This document shows, piece by piece, positions 12,801 through 24,187 of a DNA stretch of 64,000 bases. Source of the DNA: Antedon mediterranea (lineage: Eukaryota; Animalia; Echinodermata); NCBI RefSeq assembly GCF_964355755.1, contig NC_092670.1:20322795-20386794 (forward strand), given 5' to 3'. The notes beneath the pieces were generated by a model that made no database searches, was not told the origin of the DNA, and saw nothing but the letters and a program-made list of their open reading frames with translations. Position 1 is the stretch's first letter, and every line of letters starts with the position of its first letter. The translations under genes were made by a program, and so were the position numbers.

Positions 12801-15217
12801 GCGGTAACTGGTGTCATCCATAAAACACTGACAGTAATGCATAGAAAAGATATGATAAAATGAAAATCAATTTAATTAAAGAATCTTCCAATTGCTATGT
12901 ATATTTTATTAAGTCGTATCATTAATAATAGATTATAGAGTAGGTTATACATGACAAATATTATTTTTGTATTATGTTTAGTTGGTTCTGTCACGTTGAT
13001 GATGACAATTATTTAAACCTTCGTGAACTAAGGAAATTGTTAGATTTATACCAGCCTTATCATCAAGATTTGTACTTCGGCCGGTCAAGTACAACATTAC
13101 CAATCGAGGCCTACAGTACGCAGACACCTGTGGTAAGTAAAAATCTCTGAGTCAAGTACTTAGATCACCTATTCAATACTTGTAGAGAGTTATACCAAGG
13201 CCAGTGAAGTATTACAAGCCTATTCAAGAAGTACAGCTTCAATAAAGCACTGAAGATTATAAATAGAAGGTCTTATTCAGGAGAGCCAGTTGGGCCTAAC
13301 ATGAATATCTTGGCCTAACACTAACATATTCACTTACTTAAACCATGGATTAAAGAATAAACAAAGTCTTCTTATATGATTTTGGGCGAGGATTGTATTA
13401 AAATATCTGACATGATCTTTAATTATTAGATAAAATTATGATACAAAAGGATCTAAAAGCTGCATTAACTGCTTTGTTGTAATATATGTAACATTTTCTT
13501 ACTTTTTTAGCAAAAATATCAGTTTTGGTTTGGTACGGGAGGTGCTGGTGTTTGTATAAGTCGAAAGCTGGCCAATAAAATGGAGCCTCATATAGGGTAA
13601 GTGAGTAATTGAATATATTCATATTCATTGTGATAGCGGTTTTTACTGCAAGTAATTAAAAGTTCATTTATTGGCCAAATATATAAACAGCTTTACAGTC
13701 CATAATATTCCTTAAGTTCACCATTATGTGATTTAGAAGTCGGACACTGTTTTTCAATAGTGACCTTACACCTTTCGAAGTGACCGACATGCTATTTAAT
13801 CATTGTTTGACCAGAAAGTTGAGAACTCTCTTAAGTTTAAAAGTGCGCTTAAAAGTGTGTTTACGATGTAAATAAAGCTCTCCATGTTGTTGTTTATTTT
13901 GGATTACTGTTAATCCTTGGTTTTGTTGTGTTACAGGGGACGTAGAATGGTGTATACGTGTGACAGCATCCGAATGCCTGATGATGTCACTGTTGGTTAC
14001 ATAAATGGTGAGGAGCAGAATTTATATTGTAATGATTTTGGGGGAGAAAGGATAGAGGGCGGCAGATGACCAGGGAGTTGAAAAGGAAGGGATCTAATTT
14101 TAGCATCTTTATATTCATTTTAGCCCAAAAGTAATATCTATACAAAAGCAATTATTCTTAATCAGTTCACATTCTTAATTTATTGCTTTAAATAAAGTAA
14201 ACAATATCTAAATAAAGAACTAAGTATACCTTTCGTCTAAGTGCTATCACATGTCACAAATTCTAAATTTCGCTAGTATGGTATTGTGTCAATGTTGTCT
14301 TATGGCAAACATTAACATAATACACTACAGTAAAGGGACATTTTTAAGTGATAAGGATTTGAGTTTGAGAGGGATTTTATTATGAGGGAATTAAAGTAAG
14401 TGGGGACTATCCGGTGACTGACTTTGCTCTTATTAGCTTTTCATGATTATTTTTATCTTAGAGATTTTACTTAATGTTCCAATGGTGCACGTCAAAGAAA
14501 TGAATTCACACTTGCAGGATCTTTGGGGTATCAGACCAAACGATATCAAAAACCAAGTAAGTCAACCTGTAATTTATCATCTTCTTTATCATCTTCTTCA
14601 TCCTTATTATTACCATCACTATTATCTTTATCATTATAATTACCTTCTTTTCTCTTTATTTTTTTTTTCAGATTACACTCAGTTATCGAGCAGATAGCAC
14701 AACAAACACAATAGCATTAAACAACCCAGCATTTTCTGCCAGTGAAGACCCAACCAGGTCAGTATTTTTTAATACAAATATTTAAAAACATTCATATTGA
14801 ACTAGTGTACCTTTTGGCGATGCTCTATAATAGATTTCAGTTCAGATCTATGAAGTAGAGTTGCTCCAACAAACCCACATTTTTTCACTGCCTGAGTGAT
14901 AGTATATAAATTGTGTGTAGAAACATGGACCTAAAAATTATATTAGGTCCATTATAGTATATAAGTATATCAAAGCAAATCAAATTACTAAGCAGTACAA
15001 CAAGGCTATTAACAGTGTTTGGATCACAATTTGAATATTAAATTTAAAAAAAGATACTAAGCAATAACAGAACATAATGTAATCATGTGTAAATATGATA
15101 CATTATTTTTAAAATTGTATGAATTATTTATTTTTTTATTCTTTTAGATTCAAATCAATTCATTGTATAGTTTACCCGAACAGCACATTCTGTCCTAAAT
15201 GGATAAAGGGAAGATAA
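6887..15217 (+). CDS. fng: Fringe beta-1,3-N-acetylglucosaminyltransferase paralog 2, complete (~487 aa); exons 6887-7382, 7521-7777, 11341-11389, 12361-12403, 12688-12747, 12982-13132, 13511-13596, 13937-14007, 14462-14556, 14672-14757, 15148-15217
   Basis: Type II membrane anchor ([22 protein letters not shown]) and a long stem, then Fringe motifs [45 protein letters not shown] (DxD), [47 protein letters not shown]. All introns are GT-AG with compatible phases; the CDS totals 1464 nt. Confidence 0.95.
8738..8845. mobile_element. Degenerate fold-back MITE (Harbinger-like)
   Basis: Imperfect long inverted repeats gttcacactgaattatttacc / ggtaaataactatgtctgaac. Confidence 0.5.
9122..9890. repeat. 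Tandem duplication of a ~340-bp intronic segment (9122-9455; 9462-9890)
   Basis: Near-identical blocks such as cttaaaaatcgc, ccatctactgtttgttactctccatattatgtgg, cacagccaagcacctggaaattca and cagttaggcgtttca occur in both copies. Confidence 0.9.
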
Positions 15218-15676
15218 AAGTTGTAACATCGATTTTTACTTCAAGATGTGGCAATTGACACGCCTGTTGTATAGTTGTTTATTTTATATTGAAATATCAA
15301 ATTGTACTGTGACGGATTCAAAGGAAGTGGAGCACATCCTCCACATGCCCCAACCCCATCCCACCCTCCTACAGCCTGAAATTTGTTCACCTTAAGCTTA
15401 AGGCTCTACTGGCAAACTTTTGCAAACTCAGTGAATTTTGTGGTTGTCGAGAAAAGTTTTCCAGAGTTTGTTGGTGTAGACCAATTGACTTTGGCAGACA
15501 AGTTTACAGACGTCTATACTTTAGCATTATATTGGTTAAGTTTCTTTTTTGTACCTACACTCCACAAAACGTTTGGATTCATCACTGTATTTTAATATCA
15601 TTTTATTATTGTACTGTACGGTATTATTTTATATCGTTACCTTTTAGTATTTCATTAGCAATTTGCTAGTTAGTTA

Positions 15677-15883
15677 AGCCTGTTTTCCTGTCGACGTTAT
15701 TCGACGCTATCGTTAACAATAATCGGCGATCTCCTACGTCGTAAACATTGACATTTTAACGATTTACAGGAAAAGGTACTCGCTATCGTTATCATTTCAA
15801 CTTGATCGTTTTCAAACGATCGTCGTTGAACTTTTAACGATCAACGACGATAGCGTCTACTAACGTCGACAGGAAAACAGGCT
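15677..15883. mobile_element. PIF/Harbinger-type MITE downstream of (probably in the 3' UTR of) fringe 2
   Basis: ~37-bp TIRs agcctgttttcctgtcgacgttattcgacgctatcgt with 2 mismatches, flanked by a TTA/TTA 3-bp TSD. CpG-rich against the background. Confidence 0.85.
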
Positions 15884-16437
15884 TTAGAGTAATATTTGCT
15901 GGGTGTTTTTTTGTTGTAAATACTGTATTAATATTGTAGTATAGTTCGCAATAAGTATTGAAATAATATTATGTAAAAAACAGTCCAAAGTTAATGTTTT
16001 GTTTTTATATAATTGTATTAAATTTAATGTAAAATAGCTATGCATTAATTAATAAATATTGCCCAATATTGTATATAATATACTATTATTAATAATACTA
16101 ATGCAATAATGTCCTGTGTTGTCTGTGTCTGTCTTGGTCATTTACAGAGTTATATATAATTTTGGCCAGATAGGAGTTTAAAATTTGTGGCACTGCAGCT
16201 CAGTACTGGCGTTAAAATTCCGTAGTTGGGGTTCAATTTTTAACTCTTGTCAACTCTCATATTGAGACTTATATATATTTTATAGAGCATATCCTACATA
16301 TCATAAACTATTTTTTACACTACGCTATTTTTATCTGTTTGTTTAAGTGTAATGTATTATTTGCATGGCGAAATCAATATGTTGAATAATTTTGCGGTAC
16401 ACCACGTGTATATAGTTCTGAAAAGAACTATTGAGTT

Positions 16438-16478
16438 TCTCGATGTTTCGATCAATATACTTCGATCGTCCTCAGAGA
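16438..16478 (-). ncRNA. Degenerate Penelope-type minimal hammerhead ribozyme inside an 18-bp inverted repeat (16411-16497)
   Basis: The minus strand reads tct-CTGAGGA-c-gatcga agtata ttgatc-GAAA-catc-gaga. The core boxes and stem II are intact. Stem III is ACAT rather than palindromic ACGT, and stem I is out of register by 1 nt. Confidence 0.55.
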
Positions 16479-17640
16479 TGTTCGTTTCAGAACTATACAA
16501 TTACTTTCCTACTTTTTATTGGGGGAAACGGTGTTTAAGTTAATACAATATTTTATCTATGGCAAATAATTGTCTTCATTTAATTTATTATTTTTTAATT
16601 ACATTAAATATATCTTTTTGTATCTCTTTTTATAGTTTTTTTATAATTTTTAATAAAGTGAATTGAATCAATCAATATGTTTCTTGTGTATTTGATATTT
16701 TGTTTTGATTAAGTAAGGCAGTATGTATGTTTTCATAGATATCAATGAGCCTTTAACATAGGTAACAAATTGTATATCACGAAATTCAACCGACAAATTC
16801 GGCCTAAGTCGTAAAGAGAAAAGTAACATTATATTTGAACTAGTAAACTTTATTTCATCTTCGTCTGAGTGTATAAAATGACAAACGTTGCCACTCTAAT
16901 TAATTCCTTTCAAAAGTTTGCAATTTACAAGTAGGCTCTTAAGCTACTCAATTATCATGTAGACTTTTCTCGATGTTATAAAGTTTGGCATGAGGCCTTT
17001 GTGCAGTGTCACTTAATAATGTTTTCTCTTTCATTTTCCCTTCATCTTTCAATTTTCCTTTTCTTGTTTCTTCTCTTCTTTTTCTGCTTTCTCTTCCTCT
17101 TACGAAAAAAAGAGTAACCGTTTATAAACTTCTCTGCAGTCCTTCACATTCAGCAACATGAACAGATATTCATAATGTAATGATTCGTTTACTTAAAAAT
17201 AAAAAACAAATCCGGTTTGACTTTTCAATTGATAATTGTTAAACCTATTAAATAGGCCTGCCGTTATTAATACCGTTAAATACGTTAGTATCTGTTTCTG
17301 TATTTAGGTCTACCGGGGAAGAATTTCACTCTTTCGTAGGTCGAATCCGATATTTGATCGATTTTCTATTCACCAATTGTAAACTTATTGTCAGCTTATC
17401 TCCATAACTACAGGAAGCGATGACGCGGAACTTATGAATACTGCAAGGTCATGTCTGGTAATAATAATGTGTCCGGCCTATCCATTCTGATATATCATTC
17501 GTACTCAACCTGTACTAAAAGCTGTACTTAAATAAGGAGGAATAGACAATACATGTTGACCCAGCCTAATGAAGAAGAATTGAAGAATGTAGGCCTATTC
17601 CGGGTGTTTGGCATAGAAATGTGGAACTGCTGCTTCTATT

Positions 17641-17660
17641 CATGGAGGTATACCTCCATG
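17641..17660. mobile_element. 20-bp perfect palindrome with 7-bp TSD (transposon footprint)
   Basis: ttctatt-[catggaggtatacctccatg]-ttctatt. Confidence 0.75.
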
Positions 17661-17911
17661 TTCTATTGTAGGCCTACAACAAACAAGTGTTTTTAAAAAC
17701 AGTTCAAGCATGCGATCTGGATAGTGAATTCTTACAAGAATATATGAACGTTTATGTTCAAGGAAACTAATGTCACTGATTACTCCGACGTCTTGGAACA
17801 CAAGACCATGACAAGACTTTGTCATTGAAGAAATAGCCTATTGTACTCCGGGAAGTTCTAGTAACAACGTTTAACTAAATACTTCTGCATATAATTTGCA
17901 CACTGTTAAGT

Positions 17912-17938
17912 CAGGGAGTTGTATTTTACAACTCCCTG
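17912..17938. mobile_element. 27-bp TIR-only hairpin with 7-bp TSD (transposon footprint)
   Basis: gttaagt-[cagggagttgta ttt tacaactccctg]-gttaagt. Confidence 0.75.
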
Positions 17939-18186
17939 GTTAAGTTGAGAAGAAATGTCAACATTTACGATAGGCCTACATGTAGTTTTGTTACATATTT
18001 GCTGGAACTAAAGCAGATAACCCTTCTAATATCTCCCTTTGAAGTGGATCTGTGCAATTGTCTAAACAATAAGCAGATAGGAAATATAAGTCTACTTGAG
18101 TTATGAGCCGATTTTGAATTTCCACAAAATAATATTGAACCTAGTTAGTTTTAAAAGATCAGTTGAACAATTTAAGATTATTGACT

Positions 18187-21100
18187 ATGGGTTCGGGAAC
18201 AAGCAGGTCTAAAATATCGTCCGTGCCCGACAACCAAAACAGTTTAGGTTTAAAAAATAAGACAAGTAGGCCTACATCTAAAATGGATAATAGTGCAACT
18301 GCAGAGGACGTCAATATGAATGACAACACAGGTTCCACTATGGCAATTGACAAATTCCCATCAAACATTGACGATGTCGTACAAAACAATGTTATCCGAA
18401 AACGTCTTTTTGAAAACCCGTGCGTCAAAAATACAGTGTTGCCTCGATTAAACGATCTCGTCAGAAGAACTAAAAAGAGCTGCCGTGGGATCTTAACGAT
18501 TCAGAAAGAATACGGCAACCAATTGGAAGAAATTATTAATCTCATAAAGTATGAAACAAGTAATAAGTCGGACACTTCGTCGTCAGAGGAGGAGAAGCAA
18601 GAACGACCTCCAGTTGTCAGTTCGTACCTTGCAGATGTTGTCAATAAGTTAGGGATTGTTTGGACATTATCACAGACTTTGAAACTGTTGAAGTCAAACC
18701 AATCAATTGAATTAGAAGACACTATAAAAACAGTGAGAAAATGGGCGATCATGTTGTGCACATTGACAGCTACCATATGCATGTCATATAAAAAGTGTGG
18801 TATTTTGAAAATGTTTTTGGAAGATTTGCAAAACCCGGCAATTTGCAAACATTTCGAAGGATCTGAGGTACAGTAGGTGATGTTTTATTTGTTTATTAAA
18901 CTAAAATTCTAATACAGAATCGATGGAATTGTTATAAATATCATTTTTATTTTAAAAGAATCATCTATTTAACATTTGAAATTATTTATTTTAAGTTTGA
19001 CCATTTGATTGGAGAAAGACAAAATGCGAATTTTAAAGCAATATTGAATGGCATGTTGTCTTCAACTAAATTTTGGTGATGACAATGTATTTTGCTATGT
19101 TTTAGTATAATGACTAATATGATTATGATAATATTTCTTAAAAGTAAAAACCTACCTCAGGAAACAGACGTTTACATAAGCCGGATCCCATCCCTTTATT
19201 ACCGGAACAATTTATGCAGAGTAATTTCCCTGCAATCAATATTTTCTTTATTACTCTAATCTATAGGCCTATTTTGATATGAAAAATAAACATGTATACT
19301 TAAAAAGGTAAAGGTAAAGGTGAGTCCCGTGTTCTCTGAACTTAGGGGAATGAGCTGTTAGGAGCTCATTGTACTAAGCCTCGGCATTATGTGGTAGGGT
19401 GGCCAGTTCCTTTCCACGCCGCCTTTTTTCTCCCTAGTATTTTCAACCAGGTACTCATTTTACAGCTGAGTGGACTGGGAGTTGTCGGGCATTGAACCCG
19501 GGTCTATCTGTACGACAGTCAAGTGTCCTAACCACTCGGCTATATCCAACTTAAATAAAAACAATAATATAAAACCATCTCGATCAAATCGAATTATTAT
19601 TTAAATTTTGTTTTTTCTAATGGAGGAAGTAGGCTTAGCTTGCGTATTTAGTTTTACCTGAGTCCCGCACAAGAATATTTTTAAATATTATTTATTATGA
19701 ACAGAACTGTGTGAGTTTTCTTATCAAATTGATTGGAATTTAATTGGAATTGAATAATTGCTATATTTCAGAACACACTGAACAAGAGCATAATGGTATC
19801 ATCGATTATCATAGTAGATATTAGTGCCATGCGTGGAGTCTTGGATCACGACGAGAAAATCAAACTATTTGCTATAATTCACCCGTATGCCCGTTGTAAC
19901 GACAGGACAGTACGAGTTCAGGCCGTCCTCTCTCTTTGTAGTTTGCAATCTGAAAATGGCCAAGATAAATTTCTGAATGATGACATTCTGGTGAAGACGC
20001 TCTTTGATGCTATTCAACATGCGCTGGACTCACCAGATCATCAATACGCAGACATACATCTACAGTTCCTTTTGAACAGTTTGGCACAACTAGCTAGCAG
20101 AGATTGTAACCACTCTATGCTGGTGTCAAACAACGTGATGACTGTCTTAAAAGCTGTTCTAGAACATGGAAACGTCAATGAGAGAAAAGTTGTCATGAAT
20201 GCATTGTGGTCGTTGAGTTTTAATGAAGATGCTAAAGAGATGATGAGAAATGACTCTGAAATGATGTCGTTGTTAAATCGGAAATGTAACGTATCGGAAA
20301 TGAGGAATGCTGCTGAAGCAGTAAAGAAACAAATATGCGAAAAAGGTAAATAAAATAAGTGCCATTATCATATCATTAAATTTCAAAGTTCCAATTATGA
20401 AGCTTCTATTGAATAAAACGATAAATATTTGTTTACTGTTTTTAATATCCATCATTAATATAATGTATTCACAGATCTCAATGAGGATGAAAGTGAATTA
20501 AAAGTCGATGAAAAGGAGACTTCACCAAACAAAGTGCTAACATCTGAAGGATCAAAGAAAGCAAGACACGTGATGATCAGTTACCAATGGGATACTCAGG
20601 AGATCCTACTTCGTGTCCGTGACAGACTGAAAGAAAACGGTTACGTTGTGTGGATGGATGTTGATAACATTGAAGGATCGACATTGCAATCGATGGCAGA
20701 AGCGGTCGAAGAAGCAGCTGTTGTGCTTATTTGTTACTCGCACAGATACAAAAGTAGCCCAAACGCAAGAACAGGTAATAATGCCTAAAGCTTGGTTCCC
20801 ACTAGGACGCAACACAAGGACGTAAACGCAACGCAAACGTGTTGACCAATGACAAGTGACCGTTCGAATAATCCATCGCTTGTGATTGGTCAACTCACTT
20901 ACGTTGCGTTACGTCCTTGTATTGCGTCTTTTAGTGGGAACCAAGCATTAATCTATGATTTCCTAATGCTTGGTTCTTACTAACAACGCAGCACAAAGAC
21001 GTAAGCGCATGTAAGTGATTTGACCACAATCTCAAGATGGGTTATTCTAACTGTCGCTTGTCTTTGGTCAGTTCCCTTGCGTTGCGTCTCTAGTGGGAAC

Positions 21101-22017
21101 CATGGCTTAACCTAACGATTTCTATGGAAATTTTTATTGGTCACTGCATAATTTCTAATTCTTCTTGAGCCGTTTTAAAGCACATCGTGCCAATAGGGTT
21201 CACTATCATATTTATTTATCTATTCTTCAACTTTGCTTTACGATGGTAGCTCTAGAAATAGGTGAACTATAGCATTAAGCTGACTTGAGAGGCCATCTTA
21301 ACCAAACCTCTTTTCTCTCTTCAGAGGCTGAATATGCATTCCAGCTTCGTAAAGACATCATCCCACTCAAGATGGAAGAAAATTACCAGGCAGACGGTTG
21401 GCTTGGCGCAATCATTGGTACTAAACTTTACATCGAAGTTGACCCAGAGGGAAACGATTTTGACACCTCAATGCAGAAGCTCACCAAGGAGTTGGGAAGT
21501 CGTGGCAAAAACAATAATGATGAAGCCGATGTTGTTGTTCCTAGAGTAGAGGTCATCACAAACTCAAAGAAAAGTGTCGCAAACTGGGGACATCATGACG
21601 TCTCCAATTGGGCGAATCAAAATGGCATTAAAAGGTATGAGAAACGAACGAAACATTAATTAAATATACCTAAAAGTAATCTCTACAGAACTCTAAACAT
21701 TCTTTTTGTATTTTACAGTCGCAAACTTGCTCACATGGTTGGTGAAGACTTAGTGTTTCTTAAAAATCTAAGGAAAGAAGTAAGTACGGTAACAACTTTG
21801 CGTACCCATGTCTCATCAGAGTTTGTATTTGTCGTTTATTAGTAAGTCTCAGTCATAAACATTCATTATTATATAACGTTTTTTAAAATAATTAATTATT
21901 ATTTTATAATTTTTGTCTTAGGCACCTGAATATTTCTATAACACATTGGAAAGCAAAGTTGGAATTATAAGCCTGCAGCAAATACGTGTATTCACGGCGG
22001 CATTGAAAAACCTATGA
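18187..22017 (+). CDS. ARM-repeat / TIR (TIR_2-type) / SAM-like protein, ~673 aa; exons 18187-18867, 19772-20345, 20475-20774, 21325-21634, 21719-21779, 21922-22017
   Basis: ARM-like helices (LNSLAQLASRDCNHSMLV..LKAVLEHGNVNERKVVMNALWSLSF). TIR_2 motifs HVMISYQW, LKENGYVVWMDVDNIEGSTLQSMAEAVEEAAVVLICYS, SPNARTEAEYA..KDIIPL..DGWLG. C-terminal SAM-like segment (VANWGHHDVSNWA..MVGEDLVFL..APEYFY). GT-AG phases are consistent (2022 nt); AATAAA at 22274. Confidence 0.88.
19305..19548 (-). mobile_element. Full-length tRNA-derived SINE with (ACCTTT)n tail in intron 1 of the TIR gene
   Basis: Minus strand: A box TAGCCGAGTGG, B box GGGTTCAATGCC, central cagtccactcagctgtaaaatgagtacc (CORE/Meta-domain-like) and tail (ACCTTT)3. 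Possible 7-bp TSD acttaaa at 19298-19304 and 19549-19555. Confidence 0.8.
20789..21108. mobile_element. Two adjacent copies, in opposite orientations, of a Harbinger-like MITE (20789-20947; ~20967-21108)
   Basis: TIR gcttggttcccactaggacgcaa / ttgcgtcttttagtgggaaccaagc with TAA/TTA flanks. The second copy's interior is the reverse complement of the first. A further fragment lies near 32345-32440. Confidence 0.8.
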
Positions 22018-24187
22018 AGGCTTTTAGTCATAGAGGAGGACAAAGTTGTTCTTACTGATAACATTACTACGGTAGCCTACTTTCAAATGCGGATATTGAA
22101 AATGTGGTGCTACTAGCTGAACGAAAATGATTATTTAGGCTAGATCTATAACTTCCATTTCAAAATGTCCTTCTTCAATCACTTTAGGAAACTAACGATG
22201 TGCAGTTATGTTTTTTAAGTATGCACTGTATATTTATTATTATACATGTATATTTTGTTATTTATGTATGTGAAATAAAGATCAGCTATTGTTTCTCGTT
22301 TAATTCTGTCTCTATGGATTAATATATTTTCCTACCACAGTATAACAATTATTATATTTGATAATCATTATTAGGCCTATTAGTAGACTTAACGATGAGA
22401 ATATTATGATAAGAAATATAATGAATTCATAGAGATATTAAAATATCTCTATGACTTAATGCAATATCAAGCCCAAATCCCGGCCTGATGGTATAAATAT
22501 TTGAAAGCACCCCCTCTATAGTTGGTCACGGCTGAGTGAAAACATGTGCTCATCATCAAAAACCACAACATTAGAGTTGACCAGACGACAGTTTGTTGTG
22601 TTTGTGGTGGAATCTAGATTTTTAGGTTTTTACTTATTTTCTAATTGATACTTTTGATAGTCGTTATGTCTTAGCTTTCTAAAACATTAAGGTAAGTGCT
22701 TCTATTCTGGCTTATTATTCATGTTAGTATCGATTCGTTGACCCGAATTGAAGTGGAAATAAAGGTGGCAAAAGTTAGGCTAACTAAGTCTGGAGAACCT
22801 AATCTACCTGTCATCACAAATGGCTTTGAAGTCGGGTACCTTAACTTAACCCCCTTTTTAAACGTACCAAATGACTCTCTTAGAATAAACTAACATTTTT
22901 TCATACACAGGCTGATTTTAACATATCAATGTATCCATTTTTTAGACAATCTAATTGTGTATTATAGATTGTTTATACAATTTTTATATTTATTTTAGTT
23001 AAGATCATGGGACTGCTGACTCTTGTACTTTGTAGTTACAGTAATCATATTACAGTCTCTGACCAATTAATCTTTGTACATTGTATATTATGTTTTGTTG
23101 GTCAAATAAATAAATGAAATCTAAACGAAAATCTTTTATTTCCTGATATTTTTTACATTACAGTTTTTTGACTGAATAAAATATACGCTGCTGTGTAGGC
23201 CTATGTTAACTTATATGTGTTATTTTAGTCCTGTATTTTAAAATAAAACTGCACATGATTTCAAATTGCGCAAATCGCATTCACAATAATATTTCATACG
23301 TCAAATGACACTACATTTCCAGAATTAACACTAACTACATCAATCAAATGCTATCCACCGAAATGAATTAAAATAACTGTTCAAAATGGGTCATAACATC
23401 TCCCTTTCTCCAAAATCCTAATTCCTTCAATTTTTCCTGATCGTAAACACTCCCTCACTCAAAAGACCGGTTTTATATTTAAGCCCTGGGCTCTTTTTTT
23501 ATACCTCATAATTTCTCCATGCCTCATGATTTTGAATTTAATTTATTGATTGTGCATGACTACATTTTTTATCTCTTCCTCAACTTTCATTATTGATGAA
23601 GTAATTAAAAAAGTTAAAAATAAATGTATTACATCATTTGTTGTTTCTATTTTGAAATGTTCTGTCAGTATTAAAAGTGTTCTTTGACATCGTTAATTTC
23701 ATTTTGTTTGACTTTAACAAGAGTTTCTAATGTAGGTTGCCATTCTGTGTATTTCTTCAAGAATTTCTGATCTTCTTTATCTTTTGCTTCTTTGCTATTC
23801 TTTCCTCTGTGTCTTCGAAATTATATAGTGTCTTTCTGTTTACTTAAGACGTTCGTCCAGTGGTTAATGTTAGCTGCACCATATCATCCACTGCCATCCA
23901 GCTTTGACATTTTAATACGGTACATTCTTTTTTCCCACAAGGGGGATAAAAAATAAGGCACCAATGCCATTTTGCACTAAGTGAGACTATCTTTGAGATG
24001 AGTTCAAGTTCCAACACTAGTTAGTGTTTACGTAACTTCAGCCTAACCTAAATGTCTCATTATCAGGGGAAGCGAATGTGCATTAGCTCAAAAAATATTT
24101 CTAGGCAGATCCATAAATTGAACCTGAAAAAGGTATGGGGTAAAGTATTCAAATGATAAAACTGTAATGCATTTCTTATTATTTTAG

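Noticed and set aside
18159-18848. Minus-strand ORFs 18159-18428 and 18501-18848
   Set aside because: They are antisense shadows of TIR gene exon 1.
24105-24132. Possible extra 28-nt upstream rhomboid exon (ttctag|...aaaag|gtatgg)
   Set aside because: It would leave a 55-nt intron and cannot be supported without transcript data.
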